Shown here: one piece after another, positions 26,250 through 38,400 of the stretch
How positions within the stretch are numbered: position 1 is the first letter of the stretch
Layout of the letters: every line of letters begins with the position of its first letter
Source: Haplodiscus bocki
Lineage: Eukaryota
Assembly: GCA_965655095.1 (NCBI GenBank)
Contig: OZ296653.1
Location: 66,712,001-66,776,000 of the forward strand
Direction: 5' to 3'
Length of the DNA stretch: 64,000 nt
Notes under the pieces: model-generated
Database searches by the model: none
The model's input: the letters and a program-made list of their open reading frames with translations, nothing else
What the model was told of the DNA's origin: nothing
Made by a program: the position numbers and the translations under genes

Positions 26250-26704
26250 AGATTTTATGGGAGTTTTAATTTTGCCTTGTAAATCAACTTGTCAAAACTG
26301 ATCTACAATCAAAAAAGGCAATTTTTTTCAATCACAGGGCTGAAATCTGTCTTGGGGTCAAACTGTTTATGTTCAAAAACACTTCGATCTCTGAAAAATG
26401 TAAGTGAATCAAAAAAGTGACTGATATTTTTCGTCTGAAAATTTAGTCTAACTACTGAAAAACTTTGTAGGTGGCAACTTTTGGCCTTTCCCAGAAAAAC
26501 GGCGTACCAACTTTCTTTTCTCGCAGAAGAGTGGATAGACTTGAGACTAAAAAGTGTTTCATGGATCAAAACAACGTTGCTGTGGTAACGTGGCGTTTTC
26601 AAGGGAAGGAACTGATTAAAAATTAGCAGTAGCCTCCTAGAAATATTGTTTGGCGTGTCTTTTTTTTTCTGGTTTTGCAATATTATGGCCTGAATTTGTC
26701 TCAA
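26250..26704 (-). pseudogene. Polinton element 2 adenain-like cysteine protease
   Basis: ESWYAVFL...HFFDSL...QF....SPVIEKNCLF follows the HW-A / FFDS / Q..S..CG.YC pattern. Catalytic His and Cys are decayed. Confidence 0.5.
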
Positions 26705-26879
26705 AATGAGGATTTGAAACCACCGCTGAGTTAAAACCCTGTGTCGTCGTTCTAAACACGTCAGTTTTGGTATCGATCACTTTTCACTTATTCCAGGGTC
26801 TTCGATGTGTTTTGCTTACCTTTATGCTCAGTTATTAGCCCAGAATGCATTGCATAGATATAATTCCCTTCTGCAAAGA

Positions 26880-28600
26880 ATCGATTTTTAATCAAAATTG
26901 GGGCCCTCTGGATGCCATATTCTTGTTCTAAATCCCGTCAAATAGGGTATTTTGATCCCATAAATTGAGAGCTTCAAGTTTGATCAATACGATTTCTGTT
27001 TCTATCTCATACGAAAACTGTCTCTGGAACGCAAAGTTTTCCGGTGTGTTCAGTGACGTTTTGTGTTTCTTAGATTAACGCAGTTTGTTCTTTTCTGCGA
27101 AGTTACAAAGAGAGTCTTTTGAAGTGCAGTTGTTGTCAAATTTTAACATTTTGACTTTTTTTAACAGTTTTGGTTTCTTATGGAGACCATGATCTAGTTA
27201 TGGATCTGGTCAAAAAAGCTATGCTACGACAGCTAGCTGATATATTCAGTATCAGTTAAAAGGACTTTTGTTTCCATCATCTGGAAACGTTTTTTGAGGA
27301 ACAGATTTTTGTCTGGCAAGTTTATTCACTTTTTTATCCTTCTGACTAATACGTTAAGACTTTTTAGATAAATTGAGTTTTCTCCATACATTCCGACATG
27401 CAACGGCTCTGCAACGAATCTGGCTCTGTGAATTTCCTTTTGTTGTAATAATTTTTTTATCCCGAGTCTGTCAAGCAGATTTTGGGGTCCTATGGAAGCC
27501 ACGTTCTCTTCGTGAATCCTAACAAGTGGGCTACCTAGTGGTCAGATTTTGAACGTTTCTACGCTAAAACAAAAGAACCCCTGTTTCTGTTGTCTGCAAA
27601 CATTGTTTTTGGAACGGAATTTTGTCCGACACCTTCAGACACAAAACATATCTTTTGGAAGACCAGATTTTTTTTGTCTGGTGAGAGAATGTTTTGCTTT
27701 TACACTGTGCCATATTGCAAAGATTGAGTCATTCCCACAGCTTTGAGGTCTTTTGTAAACCATGTTTTCGCAGTAGAGGACGAGACGGTAATCAGGCGCC
27801 AACAAAAGGAAAGCTCCAAGCTTGGCACATAAAGATTCTTGTATTTGTCCGACACAATCGTTGTGGAAAGGAGCATTGTCAGACAACATTATTTACTTTT
27901 TTTTCTTTTACTGAATAACATGTTTTGTCTTTTCAGTCAAAATCAATCTTTCCTTTATCGGAATCTGGCTCTTAGAAATTCCATTAGATGTCATTTTTGT
28001 GATATCTCGATTTGTTTTGAAGTTTTTGGGGTTCTCTGGAGGCCATGTTTTCCTGTGTAGTCCAATTTCTCCTATTCAAGCTACGTTCTCCTTGTATAAA
28101 CACAACAAAAAATATCTGAGGAGAAAAAAATGGTCGTCAAAAAGGACGTTATTTAAATGATGTTATTGTCCAAAAGCAAGGATTGCAGTTGATGGAAACA
28201 GAAAGCCCTACTTTTCAAGTTTGAGGCTCTCAGCTTCTGGGCGCCTCACAGACCATTTGACAGGGTCCACAACAAATTTGTGGTCTCCATAGGACACCGA
28301 AAACTGCTAAACAGAATAAGAGTGTCAGCAAAATGGCACCCAATCAAAAATCAAACAGTCCGATTCCAGCAAAGCGTTAAAACGAAGAAGCTCAAAAGCC
28401 CTGAAAAGTAAAAACTTTAGTCAAAATGATACTAAAAATCAAAAAATAAATCGAACAAAGTGCTTTTCCACAAACAACTTTTTCTGATCACGAAAACAGG
28501 ACCCCTATATATGACACTGAAATTTCTCACCTTCCTGTCGCAGTATAGCCCACTTCAAAGGATCCACGAATTGAACGTGGCCTCCATAGAGCCCCAACAA
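26880..28600. repeat. ~260-310-bp degenerate tandem repeat: 5 forward units, then 2 inverted units
   Basis: Motif at ~26900, 27172, 27484, 27746 and 28027 on the plus strand; reverse-complemented at ~28282 and ~28575. Confidence 0.7.
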
Positions 28601-28649
28601 TTAGTGGTCATATTAGGATAACAAGTCAAGCTCACTTTTTCAGTGCCTA

Positions 28650-30975
28650 GTCCCATAAGGACCATCATTTACCTTCACAACACCCAAGAGCATAGTGAAA
28701 ATGGACAGGACAAAAGAAAAAAATTCACTTTTACCTTGCAACACATGAAACTCTGCCGAATTAACTTAATATATATCTCTACCCCTCATATACTTTCATG
28801 ACCTTAACTTGAAGAAAGTAAATAAAAAAATCATTCAATGATTTATGCTTTGTCACATTGCCCACAAGCGTTGGGGAGGTGAAGAAAAAATTGGTGGACC
28901 AGGGTCACATAAAAGTAGCTGGAGTTGTTTTCTGAATGTGGACCGAGCTGATATTAGGTACTTGAAAAATCACAGCTTTATGCCCCCGTTGATACAATTT
29001 TAACTTTCCAATTTCGCTTCCCATAGCTAGCGTTCCGGTAGGGTCATTGGCTAGCGTTTTTGGGATTTAATCTGAACCAACGTCTCCCAGTATTTGACAC
29101 AAGCGTTTGCTGTAGGAGTCAATCCATTAGAAATAAATTTTTTGAAGAGGTTTAATTTTGACCAGGAAAGCTCACTCTTAAAGATTGAAAACAATTGAAT
29201 TGAAGAACTGGCGATTGAGATTTGTCCAAGTTTTTCCAAAAAATTGCTATAAAATAATTGACAGTGACAGTTGAACTTTCTGCAGGCTATTTTTTGAAAT
29301 AATTGAAGTCAATTCGAAAACCAAACTCTGTGTTATCTGCAATAGACAGTTTATTAGAACAGCATAATGTAGACATTTAGAATCAAATAAAAACTTAGTA
29401 ACGGTGTAAAAATAGTCAAGTCGAAAAAAAGTTATCTCTTAGTAAAGGAGAAAGTCGCTATTAACCACAAACACAAAGATGTGTGATTTGTTGTGCATTA
29501 ACTGCAACTTTAAAAATGCCGGCGAAAAAGTAAAAAGTAAAATACAAAATCTGAAAATCTCATAACGACCACCCTGATGAAGAATCTCATCCTCAATTTT
29601 TTGAGAGTATCAGTATGAAAGCCATATGATGTTTGTGATTTAAGTTTGAATGATTCAAGTTTCGGAACTATTTGGAATCTACAGAAATTTTAAAAGGAAC
29701 AGGTAAAAAAGCAAAAGGTGACCTCTATGAATTTTTTTCCACTTTTTATCACACAAAGTTTAATAATGATGAACCAGATGACGCAGAAACTTTCTAATCA
29801 TCCTTGCTCTGTGATATTTGTGAAGCCGATACAGTCCGCTGGGTTCATATATAAAAAGTGTTTTTTATCGTTATTTTTTTCAAGAAAGGTGAAGTGCGTA
29901 ACTGAGACAAAAGACCAACGAATGTTTCGTTGAAATAATCTGATCTTTCCTGTAGGTTATGTTGAAACAACGAACTACCTTCATGGTCGGGCAATGAATT
30001 AGTTTCGAAGTTGGTATAACCTTCCGGTGACTCCATTGTTTTTATGAATACCGCTTCTTGGAAGCTATTCATCTTTTGAACGGAATTTATTTCTGTCAGC
30101 AAACAAGTATGTAAGGAAGATATTGAAAGAATTGGACAAACCATGTTTACATTAGAAACAAGTAATATCGTCACCGAAGATGCATTTAACTTTAGTGACA
30201 TTTCAGATGGATATATTAAAGAAAGTAAAAACGAAAAATCATTCAAAGCCTTATGCTTTCCCACAATGCCCAAACGTTGCAGAGGTGAAGAAAATAGTGG
30301 ACCAGGCTCAAATTAAACTAACGGGATTTGTTTTCTAAATGTGGCCACAGCTGATATTAGATAATTGAAAACTCACAGCCTCAAGCTCCTGTTTTTACAT
30401 TTATAACTTTTCCAATTTAGCCTGCCATAGTGTCATTGGCCGACGTTTTTGGAATTCAGCCTTAACCAACGTCTCCCAGTGTTTGGCGCAACCGTTTGCT
30501 GTACAAGAAGCTCTAGGTCCATCTGTTAGAAATGAAATTCATCTTTTGAACGGAGTTTTTTTCTATCAATAAAAAAATTTGTAAGGATAAAATTGAAGGA
30601 ATGGGACAAACGTTGTTTAGATCAGAAACAAGTTATTTGGTCGCCAAAGATGCATTTAACTTTAGTGACATTTCAGATGACAGTGTTAAAGAAAGTAAAA
30701 TAAAAAAATCTTTCAATGGTTTATGCTTTCTCACAATGCCCACAAGCGTTGGGGAGGTAAACAAAAAAAGTGGACCGGGATAATATAAATGTAGCGGGAC
30801 CTGTTTTTATAGTGGCCACAACTGATATTAGATAACTGATAAATCACAGCTTTATGCCCTTGTTTATACATTTTCAACTGTCCAATTTGGCTCCGATAGC
30901 GTTGTGGTAGAGTCATTGGCAAGAGATAAGGATGCAGCCGGCGTTTTTGGGGTTCACTCTAAACTAATCTCTCCC
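28650..30975 (+). repeat. Plus-orientation copies of the pPolB-derived monomers
   Basis: The core marker GGACCAGG recurs at ~28896, ~30300 and ~30771 and is the reverse complement of the array marker. Confidence 0.85.
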
Positions 30976-32480
30976 AATCTTTGGCACGAACCTTTAGTAT
31001 GGGAGGAACTCTGAAAGAAACGAGTTGAAACCAGGGGATTTTTATGACAAGTTTTTCAAAGCAGAAAACGTTTCAGTTGTTGCTTTCTTAGTGGCTCTAT
31101 ATGATGACAGTCTGTGCATAGGAAACGTTGATCATGTGATGGACAATTTATTGCTATGGAATTGATTTTCCAACGCAATCCCATTTTACTGGAAGAAAAA
31201 GAAGACACGCACTTTTTACACGTAGTCTAGAGCTAAGGGAGTTAAAAAAATCTTTTTCCGCTAATTTTTCACAAATTCTGCGATTTTGGTTGTCAAATGA
31301 CGTCTTGAAAATTAGTTAACCGAACTTTTGGGAAAAAATAAAACGAAACGAGTTGATTTTTTGGCAAAAACGTGCGGAAGAATATATCTGTTGCAAGAGT
31401 GGGACTGCAATTTTGAGATTCTTACAATGTTTTTCGATGAAGATTTAAATAATTTGGTGGAAATTTTACCCAACGATGGTAAGGAATTTGCAGCTCTGGA
31501 AAAAAAAGAATGATTGGTGAAACATCTGAGAAAAACTAGCGTACATTTATGAGTTTTTTTTTCTATTGAACAATATGCTTATCTTTTGAACCTAAAAGAA
31601 AGATTACTTTTGTGCTTCAAACGTATTTACTCGTTAAAAAAATCGAGTCTAATTCCCAACAAGGAAACTCTACAATTGATAAGGAACTAACTACACTACA
31701 TATTGAAAAGGGTGTTTTAGCACCAACAGATATACTAACCAAATTTACAGATATTAAATCTTCGTATGACTCGAAACAACTTTAATGTTATAGGTGGCGA
31801 AGGACTACTTGGGAGCTGGTTTGCAGGTTACAGGACAAAAATCTGATAGTAAGTTGGATGACACACATAGGTTAGCATTGGAAAATGATTTGAGAAGAGG
31901 AATACTTTCTATGGAGGACAGTCGTAGGGTGGTAGGGTGACAAAAAGCAAAATGAAAAAATTTCTGTGTATGGATGCCAATAACAGGTATGGATGACCTT
32001 TGTCACAGAAAATACCAAAGTGAGTGTTTGACCAGATGAAAACTTGTAAGGATTATGATGAAATATGGGGATATGTGCTTTCAAAAACGTTTACCAATAT
32101 GCAAAATCTAAGTTTTGCAAAGTTTTTTTTAGCATGTGATTTAGAAGATCCACTCTCAGTAAAAAAAGAAGAAACACTTCCTTTTTTGTCCCGGGAAAAA
32201 AATTCAAGTCTTGATCAATGTAATGAATTCAAGTTGAAAGCGAACTCAGAAAAAAATAAAATCACCGAAGAAGTTTTTTTGCCTTCAAACATTTTTAAAA
32301 CTCTCCTTAGGGTATAGAGAGATAAAGTTTGTATCTCGCAATGTTTGAACGCTGGGAATACACATAACGTTGTAAAGTTTGACCAACCACTTTGGTTAGC
32401 AAAATTTTAAATTTTTCTCAAGGACGAACAGCTGAAGCACAGAATAGTATTTGACAATAAGTAAATGAATGCCGCTTTCT
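29800..32480 (+). pseudogene. polB: Polinton element 2 pPolB (DANNLYG-type), sense copy, truncated after motif B
   Basis: ExoII-like VVAFLVALYDDSL (~31070), motif A MDANNRYG*PLSQKIP (~31970-32020), FFLACDLEDP, VVKFDQPLWL, motif B NAAFFGETMDI (~32468). The start coordinate is approximate. Confidence 0.75.
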
Positions 32481-32499
32481 TTGGTGAAACAATGGATAT

Positions 32500-35400
32500 T
32501 ACACAAATTTAAACAAAAAAAAACTTTTACACGGACAACTTATAAACAGTGACAAAAAATGTATAAACAGGGGCAAAAAGCAGTTATTCTTCACATATCT
32601 AATATCAGCTGCGGCCAAAATTAGAAAACAACTCCCGTTGTTTTTATGTGAGCCTGGTCCACTAATTTTTTTATTCACTTCCCCAACGCTTGTGGGCTTT
32701 GAGACAAAGCATAAACCATTGAATGATTTTTCTTTTTTACTTTCTTTAAAATATTCATCCGAAACGTCATTGAAGTTAGATGCATCTTTTGTGACGATGT
32801 AACTTTTTTCTAATCCAAACATGGTTTGTCAAATTCCTTCAATATTATATTTACAAATTTGCTTGCTGATAGAAACAAAATCCGTTCGAAAGGTGAATCG
32901 CTTCGAAGAAGCGATATTGATAACAACAATGGGGCCATCGAAAAGTTTTACCAAAACAAAAACTAACCCATAGCCCGACTATGAAGGTAGTTTTGTTGTT
33001 TCTACTTAACCTACAGGGAATATCAGATTAATTCAACGACACTTTCGTTGGTTTTTTGTCCCTGTTATGCACTTCACATTTCTTAAAAAAATGATGAAAA
33101 ACACTTTTTATATATGAACCCGGCGGGTTGTATTGGCTTCACAAATATCACAGAAAATTAATCAACAAAAAATTTCTGCCTCATTTGGTTCATCAATATC
33201 ATGCCTTGTGTAATTAACAATGGAAAAAAATTCATAGAATTCACATTTTGCTTTTTCACCTGTTCCAAATAAATTTTTACTTATTTTCAATTAGTTTTGA
33301 AACTTGGTTCATTCAAATTTAAACGACAAACATCACATTGTTTTCCTACTGATACACTCTAAAAATTGGGAATGAGCTTCTTCATCATTGTGGTCGGTAA
33401 CAGGTTTTCAGATTTTGTATTTTACTTTTTCACCAGCATTATTGAAATTGCAGTTCCTTCTCTTTTATGGACTCAAAGCACACATCATACATCTTTGTGT
33501 TTGCGGTTAATAGCTACTTTTTCCTTTACTAGGGGAAACTTTTATCGACATGACTCACTTCATACCGTAACTAAAGTTACATTTGATTCTAAATGTCTAC
33601 TTCATGCTGTTCCAATAACCTGTTTATTGCAGAAATCACAAACATTGATTTTTGATTTGGCTTCAATTACTTCAAAAATTTAGCCAGCAGAAATTTCAAC
33701 TGTTGCTCCCAATTACAATAACACAATTTTTTCGAAAATTTTGGAAAAACCTCATTCCGCAGTTTTTCACTTCGTTTTATCGAGCCCTAAGAGTGAGCAT
33801 TCCCGGTAAAAATTACACTTCTCCAAAAAAATTTTTCTAACGGGTTGAATCAGAGCTACTCCTATAGCAAACGCTTGTGTCAAAGACTGGGAAACGTTGG
33901 TTTAGATTGAATCCCAAAAACCCTGGCTAATGACACTACCGAAACGCTAGCAATGGGAGGCGAAATTGGAAAGTTAAAATTGTATAAACAGCGGCAAAAA
34001 GCCGTAATTCTTCAACATTCTAATATCAGCTGTGGCCACAATTAGAAAACCATTCCCGCTATTTTAATGTGAGCCGGGTCCACTAATTTTTTTCTTCACC
34101 TCCCCAACGCTTGTGGGCTTTGTGACAAAGCATAAACCACTGAATGATTATATATTTTTACTTTCTTTAAAAAATTCATCCGAAATGTCATTAAAGTTAG
34201 ATGCATCTTCGGCGACGATATAACTTATTTCTAATCTAAACATGGTTCGTCAAATTCCTTCAACACTATCTTTACAAATTTGCTTGCGGATAGAAACAAA
34301 ATCCGTTCGAAATGTGAATCGCTTTGAAGGAGCGATATTGATAACAACAATGGGGCCTCCGAACAGATATACCAAAACAGAAACTATTTCATTGCCCGAC
34401 CATGAAGGTAGTTCGTTGTTTCAACATAACCTACAGGAAAGATCTGATTAATTCAACGACACATTCGTTGGTCTTTTGTCTCAGTTATGCACTTCACCTT
34501 TCTTGAAAAAAGAACGATAAAAAAGACTTTTGTTGTAGGAACTCAACGGGTAGTATTGGCTTCACAAATATCACAGACCATTCATCAACAAAAAATCTCT
34601 GCATCATCTGGTTCATCATTGTTATGCTTTGTGTAGATAACAGTGGAAAAAAACTCATAGAACTCACATTTTGCTTTTTCACCTGTTCCAATTAAAATTT
34701 TAGTTAAATACAATTAGTTTCGAAACTTGGTCCATTCAAACTTAAATCACAAACATCACATTGTTTTCATAATCTTAAACTCTAAAGATTGAGGATGAGC
34801 TTATTCATGAATCTGGTCGTTATCAGATTTTCAGATTTTGTATAATTTTTTCTCACCAGCATTATTAAAAGTGCAGTTCCTTCTCTTTTATGCACTCAAT
34901 GCACACATCACACATCTTTTTGTTTGTGGTTAATAGCTCCATTTTCCTTTATTAGGGGAAACTTTTTTCGACATGACTCATTTTATACCGTAACTAAGTG
35001 TATTTTTGATTCTAAATGTCTACTTCATGCTGTTCCAATAAATTGTCTATTGCAGAAATCACAAACATTGATTTTTGATTTGGCTTCAATTACTTCAAAA
35101 ATTTAGCCAACAGAAATTTCAACTGTTGCTCCCAATTACAATAACACAATTTTTTCGAAAATTTTGGAAAAACCTCATTCCGCAGTTTTTCACTTCGTTT
35201 TATCGAGCCCTAAGAGTGAGCATTCCCGGTAAAAATTACACTTCTCCAAAAAAAATTTTTCTAACGGGTTGAATCAGAGCTACTCCTATAGCAAACGCTT
35301 GTGTCAAAGACTGGGAAACGTTGGTTTAGATTGAATCCCAAAAACCCTGGCTAATGACACTACCGAAACGCTAGCAATGGGAGGCGAAATTGGAAAGTTA

Positions 35401-38400
35401 AAATTGTATAAACAGCGGCAAAAAGCCGTAATTCTTCAACATTCTAATATCAGCTGTGGCCACAATTAGAAAACCATTCCCGCTATTTTAATGTGAGCCG
35501 GGTCCACTAATTTTTTTCTTCACCTCCCCAACGCTTGTGGGCTTTGTGACAAAGCATAAACCACTGAATGATTATATATTTTTACTTTCTTTAAAAAATT
35601 CATCCGAAATGTCATTAAAGTTAGATGCATCTTCGGCGACGATATAACTTATTTCTAATCTAAACATGGTTCGTCAAATTCCTTCAACACTATCTTTACA
35701 AATTTGCTTGCGGATAGAAACAAAATCCGTTCGAAATGTGAATCGCTTTGAAGGAGCGATATTGATAACAACAATGGGGCCTCCGAACAGATATACCAAA
35801 ACAGAAACTATTTCATTGCCCGACCATGAAGGTAGTTCGTTGTTTCAACATAACCTACAGGAAAGATCTGATTAATTCAACGACACATTCGTTGGTCTTT
35901 TGTCTCAGTTATGCACTTCACCTTTCTTGAAAAAAGAACGATAAAAAAGACTTTTGTTGTAGGAACTCAACGGGTAGTATTGGCTTCACAAATATCACAG
36001 ACCATTCATCAACAAAAAATCTCTGCATCATCTGGTTCATCATTATTATGCTTTGTGTAGATAACAGTGGAAAAAAACTCATAGAACTCACATTTTGCTT
36101 TTTCACCTGTTCCAATTAAAATTTTAGTTAAATACAATTAGTTTCGAAACTTGGTCCATTCAAACTTAAATCACAAACATCACATTGTTTTCATAATCTT
36201 AAACTCTAAAGATTGAGGATGAGCTTATTCATGAATCTGGTCGTTATCAGATTTTCAGATTTTGTATAATTTTTTCTCACCAGCATTATTAAAAGTGCAG
36301 TTCCTTCTCTTTTATGCACTCAATGCACACATCACACATCTTTTTGTTTGTGGTTAATAGCTCCATTTTCCTTTATTAGGGGAAACTTTTTTCGACATGA
36401 CTCATTTTATACCGTAACTAAGTGTATTTTTGATTCTAAATGTCTACTTCATGCTGTTCCAATAAATTGTCTATTGCAGAAATCACAAAATTTGATTTTT
36501 GATTTCGCTTCAATTAATTTAAAGAATAGCCAGCAGAAAGTTCAACTGCTGCTGTCAATTACTTTATAGCAATTTCTTCGAAAAATTTGGAAAAACCTCT
36601 TTCCCCAGCTCTTTATGTGTTTTTTTTGAGCTTTAAGGTTGAGCGTTCCCGGTAAAAATTAAACTTCTCCAAAATTTTCATTTATAGCGGATTGAATCAG
36701 AGCTCCTCCTATAGCAAACGCTTGTGTCAAAGACTGGGAGACGTTGGTTTGGATTGAATCCCAAAAACGCTGGCCAAAGACACTACCGAAACGCTAGCTA
36801 TGGGAAGCGAAATTGGAAAGTTAAAATTGTATCAACGGCGGCATAAAGCTGTGATTTTTCAAGTACCTAATATCAGCTGGGGCCACTTTCAGAAAACAAC
36901 TCCAGCTACTTTTATGTGAGCCTGGTCCACTACTTTTTTTCCTCACCTCCACAATGCTTGTGGACATTGTGACAAAGCATAAATCCTCGAATGATTTTTT
37001 TATTTACTTTCTTCAACTTAATTTCATCAGAGTACATGAGGGGTAGGGATATATATTTAGTTAATTCAGCAGAGTTTTTTGGGTTGCAAGGTAAAAGTGA
37101 ATATTTTTCTATTGTCCTATCCTTTTTCACTATGCTCAAGGGTGTTGTGAGGGTAAATGAAAAAAAGACTTAGGGTTGTTAGAGACTATAAATTTTTCAA
37201 TTTTCTGATGTTAGGCTGTTCATAGAAGTTTTTCATTTCTTTATTTTTGTTTAATATCCATTGTTTTCCCGGAGGAAGCAGCATTCTTTTATGTATCGTC
37301 AAAGACTTGTCTGTGCTTCAGCTGTTCATCCTTTATTAGAGTTTGAAACCTTTGCTAACCAAAGTGATTGGTCAAACTTTACAACGTTATGTGTATTCCC
37401 AGCATTCAATCATTGCGAGCTGCAAAAATTATCTCTCTATAACCTAAGGAGAGTTTTTTCATTGTTTGAAGGCAAAATAACTTCTTCGGTGATTTTATAC
37501 TTTTCTGAGTTCGCTTTCAACTTGAATTAATCTAAAGAACAGCCAGCGGAAAGTTCAACTGCTGCTGTCAATTACTTTCTAGCAATTTTTCGAAAATTTT
37601 GGAAAAACCTCATTCCCCAGCTCTTCACTTCACTTCTTTGAGCATTAAGATTGAGCGTTCCCGGTATAAATTAAACCTCTCCAAAACTTTCATTTATAAT
37701 GGATTGAATCATAGCTCCTCCTATAGCGAACGCGTGTGTCAAAGACTGGGAGACGTTGGTTTGGATTGAATCCGAAAAACGCTGGCCAAAGACACTACCG
37801 AAACGCTAGCTATGGGAGGCGAAATTGGAAAGTTAAAAATGTTTAAACAGGGGCAAATGCTGTAATTCTTCAATTATCTAATATCAGCTGCAGCCATATT
37901 TAGAAAACAACTCCCGTTGTTTTTATGCGAACCTGGTCCACTAATTTTTTTATTCACCTCCGCAACGCTTGTGGGCTTTGAGACAAAGCATAAACCATTG
38001 AATGATTTTTCATTTTTACCTTCTTTAAAATATTCATCCGAAACGTTTTTTAAAGTTAGATGCATCTTTTGTGACGATGCAACTTATTTCTAATCCAAAC
38101 ATGGTTTGTCAAATTCCTTCAACATTATCTTTACAAATTTGCTTGCTGATAGAAACAAAATCCGTTCAAAAGGTGAATCGCTTTGAAGGAGCGATATTGA
38201 TGACAACAATGGGGCCAACGAAAGGTTATCCCAAAACAGAAACTAATTCATGTCCCGACCATGAAGGTATTTTTGTTGTTTCAACATAGTCTACAGGGAA
38301 TATCAGATTAATCTAACGAGCTTTCGTTGGTCTTTTGTCTCTGTTACGCACTTCACCTTTCCTGAAAAAATCATTTTTTATATATGAACACGGCGGGTTG

